Origin: the human T2T-CHM13v2.0 reference genome, Homo sapiens
DNA length: 64,000 bases
Assembly (NCBI RefSeq): GCF_009914755.1
Contig: NC_060944.1
Strand: one strand, 5' to 3'
Within the stretch, counting starts at the first letter, position 1; each line of letters begins with the position of its first letter. The notes under the pieces are model-generated. The model saw only the letters and a program-made list of their open reading frames with translations, was not told the DNA's origin and made no database searches. Made by a program: the position numbers and the translations under genes. Of the stretch, positions 22,601 through 34,260 are shown piece by piece.

Positions 22601-22896
22601 AGCTTGGGAAAGACACATTCATGGTTTCTAGAGAATTTGCCAGGGCTGCCTACTTGGGATTCTGGTGAAGCAGAGATTATTTATTAGTTGGAGTGTGTAC
22701 ATTTCCCCCATTTTCCACTCAGCCAAGTTGGGCATTTGGTGGGTACTTGGTGTGTGGGGGATTAACTTTGATCCACATGAAAATTTGAACGTTGGAGTGT
22801 GTCACTTCCAATTTAGGCACTTAGGAGTATTTCTTCTCTTTCTGATTTGAAATGAATTTGATTTTAGGGGTCAGAGGTAGTGTGTCCCTGTCATGA

Positions 22897-23255
22897 AGAT
22901 GGAAGGATAAATGGTGGCGTGTTCAGACAATGGAATAGAGCACAGTAATCAAAAGGAGGGGACCCCAGTAGCATAATAGCAGCATGACTGTGTTACAAGC
23001 ACAGTTGAATGAATGAAAGAAGCCAGACCTCAAGACCCATTCTGCATGAATTTATTTTGGTGACGTTCTAGAACAGGTTAAACTAAGCTATGGAGGTGGA
23101 TGTCAGGTCTGTGGCTGCATCAGGGAACTTTTGGGGTAATGGGGTAACTTTCTTGGGCTGAAGGGCACATGAATGTAAACATTTTTCAAAATCTGTTGAA
23201 TGCACGCTTAAAATCTGTGCATATTCTTGCATGGAAATTATCCCTCAATGAAAGG
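22897..23255 (+). mobile_element. L1ME 3' fragment
   Basis: ggataaatggtgg...acaatggaata...gaaagaagccagac...aaattatccctcaat. Confidence 0.75.
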
Positions 23256-23433
23256 AATGTGAAAAGATCTTCCCATGTTTTGTCCTTCCATGGATTTTGA
23301 ACCCTGGTCAGTCAGTTCATTTCAAAAGGTGATAAGGATTAATCTGTTTGTGGTCCTTCCTGACCACCCAGCCTTTTCCTGTTCACAGACCTGTTCAGAA
23401 AAGGCTTTCATTCCAAGGAAGCAGAATGGAAAA

Positions 23434-23648
23434 CAGGGTGGCCCACTACAGCCTTTGGGCCAAATCTGCTCAATCACATTTTTGTAAGTAAAGTTGTATT
23501 GGGACACAGCCACATGGCCAGTCATTTATGTGTCTTCTGTGGCTGCTTTCATGCCACAGTGACAGCCGAGGAGCTTTTACAGAGACTGATCCACCACCTA
23601 AAGTGTTTACTCTCTATCCCTTTACAGAAAAGGTTTCCTGGCCCTTGG
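23434..23648. mobile_element. MER58A (hAT-Charlie MITE)
   Basis: gggccaaatctg...tttgtaagtaaagttgtattgg.acacagccac...ccctttacagaaaa. Confidence 0.88.
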
Positions 23649-24781
23649 TCTAAACATTCATTTCTTTTTGGAACTTCTCCCTTCAGATCTGTGTGGGTGG
23701 AGGTTTTGGATGGAGAGTGCTCTCCAGGAACGAGAACCCTGTAGAGCCAGGTACTTAGGTTGAGCGTGGTCACAATTTGGATAAGCTATCCTTCATCCCA
23801 TGGAGTTCACTGGGCATGCGTGCTGTCACAGATCTACAACAGTGCACAGAGCTTGGCCTACGTAGAGGTTTTTTTTAAAAAAAAAAATAAAGTTATCCAG
23901 GCCACTGTAAAGAGAAGAGGAATAAATAAGGCCTGGAAGCCATCAGTGGACAAAGCTAGACTCCTGTTTTAAACTCCAAGCTACTGGCTATAAATTAGTC
24001 CTGCATGGAAAATAAAACTAAGCTAACTGATTTTGATAAAAGTAAATGTGATCTGGTTGAATTGGGTCCACATGGTTGGCAATGTTTGTTAAGTCAATGA
24101 AGGAACAAATTGAACTGATGTAACAATTCAGTTTTGAATTTGGGGCTAAATGAGCCATTCTGTTGAAGACACCCTGTGCTGCTGTTTTCTTCAGTAAGAT
24201 TTAAGCCTCCCTTCTCTCCTTTACCTTCCACCCAAGATGAATGCACGTGATCAAGCAGGAAGTCTCTGGAGGATTTGCTAACGAGACACACAGGTCCCCA
24301 AAGCTCAGTCTTTCTTCATTTTGCAAGTATGTATTTCCTTCATCTGTCTGTTTTCTCATTCCACAGTTACTGGAATTAAAGAGTTAGATCTTGGGGAAAA
24401 GCGATCAATAGCTTTTTTAATGAAAGGGGACAAATGCAATTGGTATCACCTAAGGCTTGAGAAGTAGATCTCTACTTTCTTTAAAAAAAGCTCAAAAAAA
24501 AAAAAAGGATGCAGTGGGGGTAATTATAGACCCCAAGAGTCCACCTAACTGGGGAGTTTTAAAAAGTCAAGGGAATGTCTTGTATTATATTGGACTGTTC
24601 CTTAATGACTCCAGGTTACAGTGGCTGTGAGCAGATGAGGAATAATTGTTAGAAATGGAAAATTACCATTTAACCAAGAGGATTTCCAAAACAAGCAGAT
24701 GAACCATGAGCGGTAAAAATGTGCTCTACGGAATGTGATTATTGCTGATTTCATCATATGTCCTGGGCATCTTGGGTGAGA

Positions 24782-24912
24782 ATTCACTCATTTACTCCGT
24801 CACATATGTTCAGAGCCTCCCCTAAGTCTGGCACTGTACTAGGAGCTGGGGGCACCCTTTTGAGAACCACCCATGTGTTTCTGCCTTCAGGGATCTTCAC
24901 TCTGGAGTGGGG
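24782..24912 (-). mobile_element. L2 3' fragment
   Basis: attcactcattt...ggcactgtactaggagctggg...ctgccttcaggg. Confidence 0.6.
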
Positions 24913-25515
24913 TGGTAGAGGTGGAGAATAATTGGAGATAAGGCTGGAAGGCCAAGATGCCAGCCACGTGGGATCAGGGTTTTGCTGAGTTTTTTATTTA
25001 AGCCTGTGGTCAGTGGGGTGCCATTTTTTTTACTGTTTTAGGAATGAGGGGGTTTGATAAGCCCGAGTCTCACCAGATTTGTAGTGAATCTGAGCTGGAT
25101 CATGTTGTTATTTGTGCTGCCAGTGATCCTGGGGAAGGACTGTCCATGGGCCATGGTGACCTGTGCTCACAGGTGCACACCCCCAGTTACCTTTGTAACC
25201 AGAAATTAGTCAGGGGTTGGCAGAATTAAGCCAGTGGCTGCTTCCACTGCATAATAGTATAAAAAATGATTAAATCTCTATACAAGCCTCCCCTCCTCCC
25301 TCCAGGCCACTGTATCTTACAACAACAACAATGACAAACACCACACCATTATCTGATTTTCCCCCTTCTAGCTTGTTTCATCTATGGATTTGGGATTGAA
25401 GGAGAATATGATTGTCCATATTTTCATCAAATGTAAAGTATTTGTTCTATACGTATTCTTATAGAATTGCTAAAATAAACCTATGACCCAGACATAGGCT
25501 GGCTAGCATTGTCTA

Positions 25516-26120
25516 TGCATTCATTCATTTAGTAACTCATATATATGAAGCACATTGCTGTATGGCAAATACCCTACTTGGTGCTTGGGAATAAACAGTG
25601 AACAAAAGTGAACCCAGTTCCTGCCTACAGGGAACTTACAATAATGGAGGCAGGTAATAATCAAATAATATTCAAATTTATGCTTGCAAGTTTAGAAAAG
25701 GTTTGTAAGTGATGCAATATGATGAGATGGCACAACAGGTCTAGGGGTCAGGAGAGGTTTTGCAGAGAAGAAAGTGACACTGGGTCTGGAATCTACAGGA
25801 AGCGTATTGACCAGGTGAAGGTTGCGGGAAGGCCTGTTGGTGCAAAGAAGCAGGGCACATTAGAGGAATTGAAAGAAGACTGCAGAGAATCAGAAAAGGA
25901 GAGTGCGGTGTGAGACAGGGCTGGAGACACTGGCAGAGACCCGGCAATACTAGTCCTTGTGGGTTGTGCTAAGGAGGCCGGGCCTGATTTCAAGAACAGC
26001 AGGAGGCTGCTGCAGTGCTTTAATAAGGGTGGATTTACATTTGGAAGATGCACATTTGGATTTACATTTTGGAAAGGTCTCTCTGGCTGCTGAGCTGCTG
26101 TGGACTGGAAGGGGGAAGAT
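25516..26120 (-). mobile_element. L2 fragment
   Basis: cattcattcatt...aacagtgaacaaa...cctgcc...attttggaaaggtctctctggctgc. Confidence 0.75.
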
Positions 26121-26739
26121 TCAACCTCCAATGATGGCTTTCTGCTGATTTGTTTTCCTTCTTTCACTTTTCTTCTGGGTTTGGGGGCTCTTGGCTGATT
26201 TAGTCTCTACTAGCCTCTGAGGAAAAGCACTGGTCCTGGGGTATTTATTAAAGGAAGCATGATGGATTATTTTGGAGGGATATTCTTTGAAATCTGGAGT
26301 GAGAGGGGGTACCATATGCCAGCAGCAATGGGCAAAATGGTGCTAAGAGGTAAACTGATGTCCAAAATGATTCCATCCACCAACCTTGGACATGAGAGTG
26401 AAGTTCCTATTTCATAAATGGAAATATAAACCTAGTTTATCCTTTGACATCCAGAATAATGTGTAAGAAGTTTTCCTTGGCAGCAAATCTTAAATGATGG
26501 AGCCTTGGGGAATGACTTCTGACCCTTTATAATAATTAGCCAGGCCAGGACACATAGGTAAGACACCTGGTGACCAACAGCCTAAGGGTCAGGGGGCAAA
26601 GGGTGGTAGGACAATATAAGAGTGCTTAACTCAGTGTCCTGCATAGATGGTAGCTATTAGCATAATGACTATCACTAATATACACACCACTATTACCAAC
26701 AGAAGTGTCCTATATTGCTCTCTCATCTTTTAAAATATT

Positions 26740-27135
26740 TATTCATTTATTCATTCAATTCATTGTTTCAGTGAATGTTTATTGAACACCCACAATACTA
26801 TGCATTGTTATGGGAGGTGGGGACTCAACAGTGTCAAAAACTAAGTTCCAGCCACCATGGAGCTTACATTCTGGTTGGGAGAGGAGAATAAACAAATAAA
26901 ATTAAATAAAGGAATGCATTGTCTGGCAGACGGTAATAAGAGCTGAGAAGAGAAACACAAAGCAGGATAAAGAGATGGAGAATGATGGATAAGATGATCT
27001 GGGAGGCCCTCTTTGAAGAGGCACTGTGAGCCAAGCTCTGAATAGAGGGATTGAACTATGCAGATGACTGGAAAGATGGAACAGCAGGTGCAAAGGCCCC
27101 ACAGCAGAAGACGCTTGCAGGATTTGAGAAGGGGT
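26740..27135 (-). mobile_element. L2a fragment
   Basis: ttcattcaattcatt...atgtttattgaacacc...catggagcttacattct...gggaggccctctttga...tgcaaaggccc. Confidence 0.85.
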
Positions 27136-27329
27136 GCCCTCCACTGTGTGCCCAGAGCTTCTGTTATTCTATAACTACTAACCTTAGTAACAGGAGTGAC
27201 CCCTCTTCCAGGAGAAGGAGATGAGCAGCTCTGATAGAGTAGCATCCGCTTTCAATTTTCTTTCTTTATTTCTTAAGGCTCTTATTCCAACCTCCCAACT
27301 ACGGTTTCAGCACAAGTTAGGTGAGCAGC

Positions 27330-28750
27330 TATTTATGTACTAGGTGAAGGTTCCCAGAATAAATGTCTTGAGATTTTAAGCAAGGTGTAGTATTATCGTA
27401 TGTCTCTTCTGACAATTTTCCAGGTTGACAAAAATCTGCGTTTGTCTAGCAACATGGTGACTGGAGGGGCAGGCAGGCATTCTGTTCAGCATGGAACAGA
27501 AATAAGCAGTGGGAGCTGATGTGCTGAAGTAGCAACTGAAGGAAATACAGCTTTGGATAAAATGGAGCCACTCAAATGGCATTTGAAATGTCTGCTCTGA
27601 ATTCGACAGATGATGTTCTCTGCCACCGGCATCCTTTCCGATATTTAATGCAGACGTTTGCCACGTGTCAGTTCTCAGCTGGGGACTAGGAAGCATTCTT
27701 CAGGGTGTCAGCGTCTTGATAAACATGTCACCAATTTGTATGATTCACTACACATGAATAAATGCTAGGAATTTGGCTGATCAATTCATATGCCAGGGCC
27801 TACAAATGTGGAGGAAAATCGCACTTCTTATCTGTGGGCGGAAATGCAAAAACCAGCGTGATAGTGCACAATGCATGATCTGAGTGTGTGAAAAGTTTTA
27901 GAGACTCGATTACTGTTGATGATGATGATCTGAGTAATTGAAGCTGTATCAGAATTAGTCTAATTTACTGCAGTGGGAGGAAGAAAAAAAAATATTTATT
28001 TTTATACTCATGAGAATCATAGTGATTGAAATTAAGCAATTTCCTCATCTTTTTAAAAGACAACCTAGAGACGCTGTTATCTTTGTTCCAGGGGCCTTGC
28101 GGCTGGCAGACATGCAATGTGAATTTACTTGTCCTTCCTGATTTGGGAGCTGCTCAAGCCCTGGGTGTAACGAGCATCTGTCTCTCTGCTTGGCTCCTGT
28201 CTCTCTGGCTGTGCCAGGCAACACCAAAACCCCCAGAGGGCATTAAGACTGGATAACCAAACTGCACAAATGTGAGGGAAGAGAACAAGGTTTAATTACA
28301 GCTTCCCTTCATTGCCTGTCTTCTCCTACCCCAAAATTAATTTGTAAACAAACATGGCATATTGGGGTTTGAAGAGGATTCAAGCAGGAGGTTGTTTGGT
28401 TGTAGCCAGGATAGATGATGGGGCTGCAGTGTGCTCCGATATATTCACTCAAGTCTGGCCGCCCCATGTCTCTACGGCAAAGCCTGCAAAATTGTGAGCA
28501 TTCAACTCTGTACAATTACCCCTGACTCAGCTGCCAAAACGTATTTTCCATCCATTTTTGACAGAGGCTTCTGTTTAAGTAGAGAGAAGAGGAGAGATGA
28601 TCTCTTTTAAAAGTGATTCCAGTCTGATTCTCGAAGTGTAAGTGGTAAAGTCACCAAGCCTAATTGGAATGAATTGATTTATCCTCTTTGGCAGCCCTGA
28701 TCAGTACCCTCTCAAGAGACTGGACTACATATGGGAGGTAATCATGATGA
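27330..28750. promoter_or_regulatory. candidate conserved non-coding element cluster
   Basis: ~1.4 kb with no recognisable repeat; 12 CpGs in 27390-27910; many TAAT/ATTA cores; CACGTG; RFX-like gtttgtctagcaac. Confidence 0.35.
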
Positions 28751-29219
28751 TATACATATTTCTTTGGATGCTGCTTGGCTCATCCAGTCCATTTTCCATA
28801 GATATTATCACTTAAGACAGCTGCTATTCTATCACTGGTCTTGGATTTTTTATTTAATCCCGTACTTCAAAAAGAGAAATCTGTTGGCTTTTTGAATGCA
28901 GAAGAATTGCCAGAAAAGATAGGGGAGACAAACTGTTTCCTTTAACAGTCTTCTATGGAAGTTAAGTTTTTTTTTTCCCACTACCCCCAGGCAAAAACCG
29001 AATGACCATTTATCCTGTGAAATGTCCTGAAGCTACATGTAGTATACACATAGTAATCATCTGTGTACTCCTGCCTATGTTCTGTGTTCATCCATCAGAC
29101 CCATCAAGCCTTGAGTTGTCCTTCTGCCTGTCGTGCTTGACCCTGAGAGGACTGAGGAATGTGGGGTTGGGGGCTCAGCCTCTTAATTGCCATGGTGTGT
29201 GATTTATCTGTTCCACTTT

Positions 29220-29559
29220 TGTCTTGGTCAGTTGGGGCTGCTATAACAAAATGCCATAGACTGGGTGGCTTATAAACAACAGAAATTTCTTTCTCACAGT
29301 TCTGGAGTCTGAGATCAAGGTGCTGGAGATTCAGTTCCCCATGAGGCTTGCAGACAGGCTTCTTCTGACTGAGTCCCCAGATGGGAGAGGCAAGGGAGAC
29401 TGTCTTCTGTCTCCGCTTATAAAGGCACTGATTCCATCATGAGCATGCCACCCTCTTAACCTAATTACCTCCCAAACGCCCATCTCCTAACACCATCACC
29501 TTGGGGATTAGCGATTCAATTGTGAATTTGGGGAGGACACAAACATTCAGTCCATAGCA
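29220..29559 (-). mobile_element. MLT1A solo LTR
   Basis: tgtctt..tcagttggggctgctataacaaaatgccatagactgggtggctta...acaaacattcagtccatagca. Confidence 0.93.
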
Positions 29560-31228
29560 GCTTTTATTTTTATCTTTTGCTATTCTTTTTATTTTGGAAT
29601 AACTTTATTTCTCTAGCTTTATCAAGGCATAATTGGCAAACAAAATTATATATGTTTAAGGTGTACAATATGATGTATTCACTTTCATAAACATTGTGAA
29701 ATAATTACCACAGTTAAGATAATTTAAGATATTCACTGCCTCACATAGTTAGCATTTTTGTTTCATGTTAATAATATTTAACAGCTACTCTCTTATCAAA
29801 TTTCAATTATACAATACAGTATTATTAACTATAGTCATCATGCTATACGTTAAATCTCCAGAACTTATTCATCCTGCATAACTGAAACTTTGTGCTCTCT
29901 GAACAACATCTCAACATCTCCTTTGCCTCCTAGCCCCTGGTAACCACCATTCTACTTGCTGCTTCCAGGAGCTTGACTTTTTTAGATTCCACATATAAGT
30001 CATATCATTTGGGTTTGTCTTTCTGAGCTTGGCTTATTTCACTTAGCATAATGCCCAGTAGGTTCACCCATGTTTTAGCAAACAAAGAATTTCCTTCTTT
30101 TTTAAGGCTGAATAGTATTCCATTGTGTATATATACCACCTTTTCTTTACCTATTCATCTGTAGGTAGATGGACACTTAGGTTGATTCAGAATCTTGGCT
30201 ATTGTGAATACTGCTGCAATGAACATGGGAGTGCAGATATCTCTTCAACATACTGATTTCATTTCCTTTGGATACATACCCCAAAATGGGATGTGAGAAT
30301 CATAAAGCAGTTCTCATTTTAATTCTCTGAAGAATCGTCATACTCTTTTCCATAATGGTGGTACTAATTATATCGCCACCAAAAGTGTAGAAGAGTTTCT
30401 TTTTCTCCACATCCTTGCCAACACTTGTTTTCTTTTGTCTTTTTGTGAATAATCATCCTAATAGGTGTGAGGTACTATCTCTTAGTTTGCGTTTCTCTGA
30501 TGATTAGACATTTTTCTTGTATACCTGCTGGCCATTTTTATCAGGACCCTTGATCATTTTTTAATCAGGTTATTTGTTTTCTTGCTGTGAAATTGTTTGA
30601 GTTCCTTATCCATTCTAGATATTAATGCCTTATCAGATGTATGGCTTGCAAATATTTTTTCTCATTTCTTAGGTTGCCTCTTCACTCTGTTGATTGTTTC
30701 CTTTACTGGGCAGAAGGGTTTTAGTTATGATGCAATCCCATTTGTCTGTATTTACTATTGTTGCCTATAATTTTGGGGTCATACCCAAAAAACCAAAATC
30801 ATTGTCCAGACCTATGTCAAGAAGCTTTCACTCTATATTTTCTTCTAGTAGTTTTAAAACAGTTTCAGCCCTTATGGTAAGTTTTTAATTAATTTAGAAT
30901 TGATTTTTGTATATGGTGTGAGATAATGGTCCAATTTCATTATTAAGCATGTTTCCCTAATGCCATTTATTGAAGAGACTGTTCTTTCCCCGTTGTGTGT
31001 TCTTGGTACTTTGTTGAAGATCAATCAACTGTAAATGCATGAATTAATTTCTGGGCTTTTTGTTCTGTTCCATTGACCTGTGTGTCTGTTTTTATGCCAG
31101 TGCCTTGCTCTTTTGCTTATTGGAGCTTTGAAGTCAGGTGGCGTGATGCCTCCAGCTTTGTTCTTTTTGCTCAAGATTGCTTTGGCTATTCAAAGTCCTT
31201 GTGGTTTCATATGAATTTTAAAATTGGC

Positions 31229-31519
31229 TTTTTTTTTTTTTTCTGAGACAGGGTCTCACTATGTCACCCAGGTTGGATTGCAGTGTTGCAGTCATAGCTC
31301 ATTGCAGCCTCAACCTCCTGGGCTCAAATGATCCTCTTACCTCAGCCTTGCAAGTAGCTGGGACTAGAGGCACACACCACCATGCCAGGATCTTATTTTT
31401 GTAGAGACAAAGTCTCAAACTGTGTTGCCCAGGCTGGTCTCAAACTCCTGAGCTCAAGCAGTCCTCCTACTTCAGCCTTCCAAACTGTTGGGATTACAGG
31501 CATGAGCCACCACCTGGCC
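31229..31519 (-). mobile_element. AluJ nested in L1
   Basis: gagacagggtctcact...tgcagcctcaacctcctgggctcaa...catgagccaccacctggcc. Confidence 0.92.
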
Positions 31520-33524
31520 TATTTTTCTATTTCTGTGAAAAATACCATTGGAATTTTGATAGGGATTACATTGAATCTGTAGATCACTTTGGCTAGCATG
31601 GACATTTTAACAGTATTCATTCTTCCAATGCATGAACACAGGATATCTTTCCATTTATGTGTGTATTTTTCATTTTTTTCAGCAGTGCTTCATACTTTCT
31701 AGTGTGTGGACTTTTTCTCTCTTAGGTTAAATTTATTCGAAGTATTTTGGTTTGGTGCTACTGTAAATATTATAAGATTGTTTTCTTGGTTTCTTTCTCA
31801 GATAGTTTGTTGTTAATGGACAGAAACTGCTGATTTTTTGTATGTTGATTTTGTATTCTGAAACTTTACTGAATTTATTTATCAGTTCTAACAGGGTTTT
31901 TTGGTGTAGTGTTTAGAGTTTTCTGTATCTAAAATCATGGCATCTGCAAACAGAGACAATTTAACTTCTTCTTTTTCAATTTGTATGCCTTTTTATTTCT
32001 TATCTGGTTGCTCTAGCTAGAACTCCCAGTACTATATTGAGTAGAAGTGGTGAGAGTGGGCATCCTTGCCTTGTAATAGCTCTTAGAGTATAAGCTTTCC
32101 ATTTTTCCCATTGATTGTGAGGTTAGCTGTGGGTTTCTCATAAGTGATCTTTGTTATGTTGAGGAAATTTTGCTCTATACCTAATTTTCTGGGAGTTTTT
32201 ATTATGAAAGGATGCCAGACTTTGTCAAATGCTTTTTGGCATCTATTGAGATGATCATGTGGTTTTTATTTTTCATTCTATTAACGTGATTTGTCATGTT
32301 AATTGATTTGCATTTGGTTAACCAAACTTGTATAGCAGAGATAAATCCCACTTGGTCATATTACATAATCTTTTTGATGTGTTGTTGGATTTAGCTTGAT
32401 AGTATTTTATTGAGGATTTTTGCATCTATGTTCATCAGATATATTGGCCTGTAGTATTCTTTCTTGTGATGTCTTTGCCTTTGGAGGAATTTAAGGAGGA
32501 TTGGTATTCATTCTTCTTTAAATGTTTGTTAAAGTTCACCCATGAAGCTACCTGGATCTGGGCTTTTCTTTATTGGGAATTTTTTGATTACTGATTCAAT
32601 CTCCTTACTCGTTATTGGTCTGTTGAGATTTTCTATTTCTTCATAATTTAGTGTTGTTAGATTGTATGTTTCTAGGAATTTATCCATTTATTCTAGGTTA
32701 TCCAATTTGTTGTTACATAATTGTTCACTGTAGTCTCTTATGATCCTTAGTATTTCTGTAGAATCTATTGTAATGTTTCCTCTTTTATTTATAATTTTGT
32801 TTATTTGAATCTTCTTTCTTTTTTCTTTAGTTATGATTTGTCAATTTTATTTATCTTTTTGAAAAACCAGCTTTTTGTTTTATGTATCTTTTTATTGCTT
32901 TTTTCTCTATTTCATTTATTTCTGCTCTGATTTTACTTTTCCTTTCTTCTGCTGACTTTGGGCTTCATTCTTTTTTTCTAATTCCCTGATGTGTAAAGTT
33001 AGTCTATTTGAGATCTTTCTTTCTGCTTATGTAGGCATTTATCACTATAAACATCCCTCTTAAAACTGCTTTTACTGCATCACATAATTTTTGGTATGTT
33101 GTGTTTCCAACTTCATTTGTCTCAAGATATTTTTTAATTTTCTTTTTGATTTCTTCTTTGAGCAATTGGTTGTTCAGAAGTGTGCTGTTTAATTCCACAT
33201 ATTTGTGAATTTTCCATTTTTTCCTGTTTTTGAATTTCTGGTTTCATACCATTGTGGTTGGAAAAGACACTTGATATGATTTCAGTCTTCTTGAATTTGT
33301 TAAGACTTGTTTTGTGGCCTAACATGATCTATCCCGGGAAACATTTCTTGTGTGCTTGAAAAGAATGTGTATTCTGCTGCTGTTGGATGGAATGTTCTGT
33401 ATATGTCTGGTAGGGCCATTTGGTTTATAGTATTATTTAAGTCTGCTGTTTCATTATTGATTTTCAGTCTGGATAATCTATCCTTTGTTGAAAGTAGAGT
33501 ATTGAAGTCCTCTACTATTATTGT

Positions 33525-33790
33525 TTTTAATTTTTTTAATTTTTAATTTTTGTGTGTTCATAGTGGTATATATATCTATGGGGTACAAGAGATGTTTTGA
33601 TACAGGCATGCAATGCATAATAATCTCATCATGGAGAATGGGGTATCCATCCCCTCAAGCTTTTATCCTTTGTATTACTCTTAATCTAATTACGCTGTTA
33701 GTTATTTTAAAATGTACAATTAAGTTATTATTGACTGTAGTCACCCTGTTGTACTATAAAATAGTAGGTCTTCTTTATTTTTTCTAACTA
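33525..33790 (-). mobile_element. short 5'-truncated younger L1MA 3' end nested in L1
   Basis: ggggtacaagagatgttttgatacaggcatgcaatg...gtcaccctgttgt; flanked by duplicated ctactatt(att)gt host sequence. Confidence 0.8.
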
Positions 33791-34014
33791 TCCCTACTAT
33801 TGTATTGCTTTCTATTTCTCCATTTACTTCTGTTAATATTTGCTTCATATATTTAGGTGTTCTGGTGTTGGATGTAAATGTATTTAAAATTGCTGTATCT
33901 TCTTCATGTCTTCATGAATTTACCCCCTTTATCATTATATAATGACCTTTTTTGTCTCTTGTGACAGTTTTTAACTTAAATTCTATTTTGTCTGATATAA
34001 GTATAGCTATCCTC

Positions 34015-34260
34015 AGCCTGGTGCGGTGGCTCACGCCTGTAATCCCAGCACTTTGGGAGGCCAAGGCAGGTGGATCACCGGGTCAGGAGATGAAGACCAT
34101 CCTGGCTAACACGGTGAAACCTCATCTCTACTAGAAATACAAAAAATTAGCCGGGCGTGGTGGTGGGTGCCTGTAGTCCCAGCTACTCGGGAAGCTGAGG
34201 GCAGGAGAATGGTGTGAACCCGGGAGATGGAGCTTGCAGTGAGCCGAGATTGGGCCACTG
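34015..34260 (+). mobile_element. AluY, 3'-truncated, no polyA tail
   Basis: Y diagnostics accatcctggctaacacggtg and ggagcttgcagtgag; 18-bp TSD ataa(g/a)tatagctatcctc. Confidence 0.93.
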
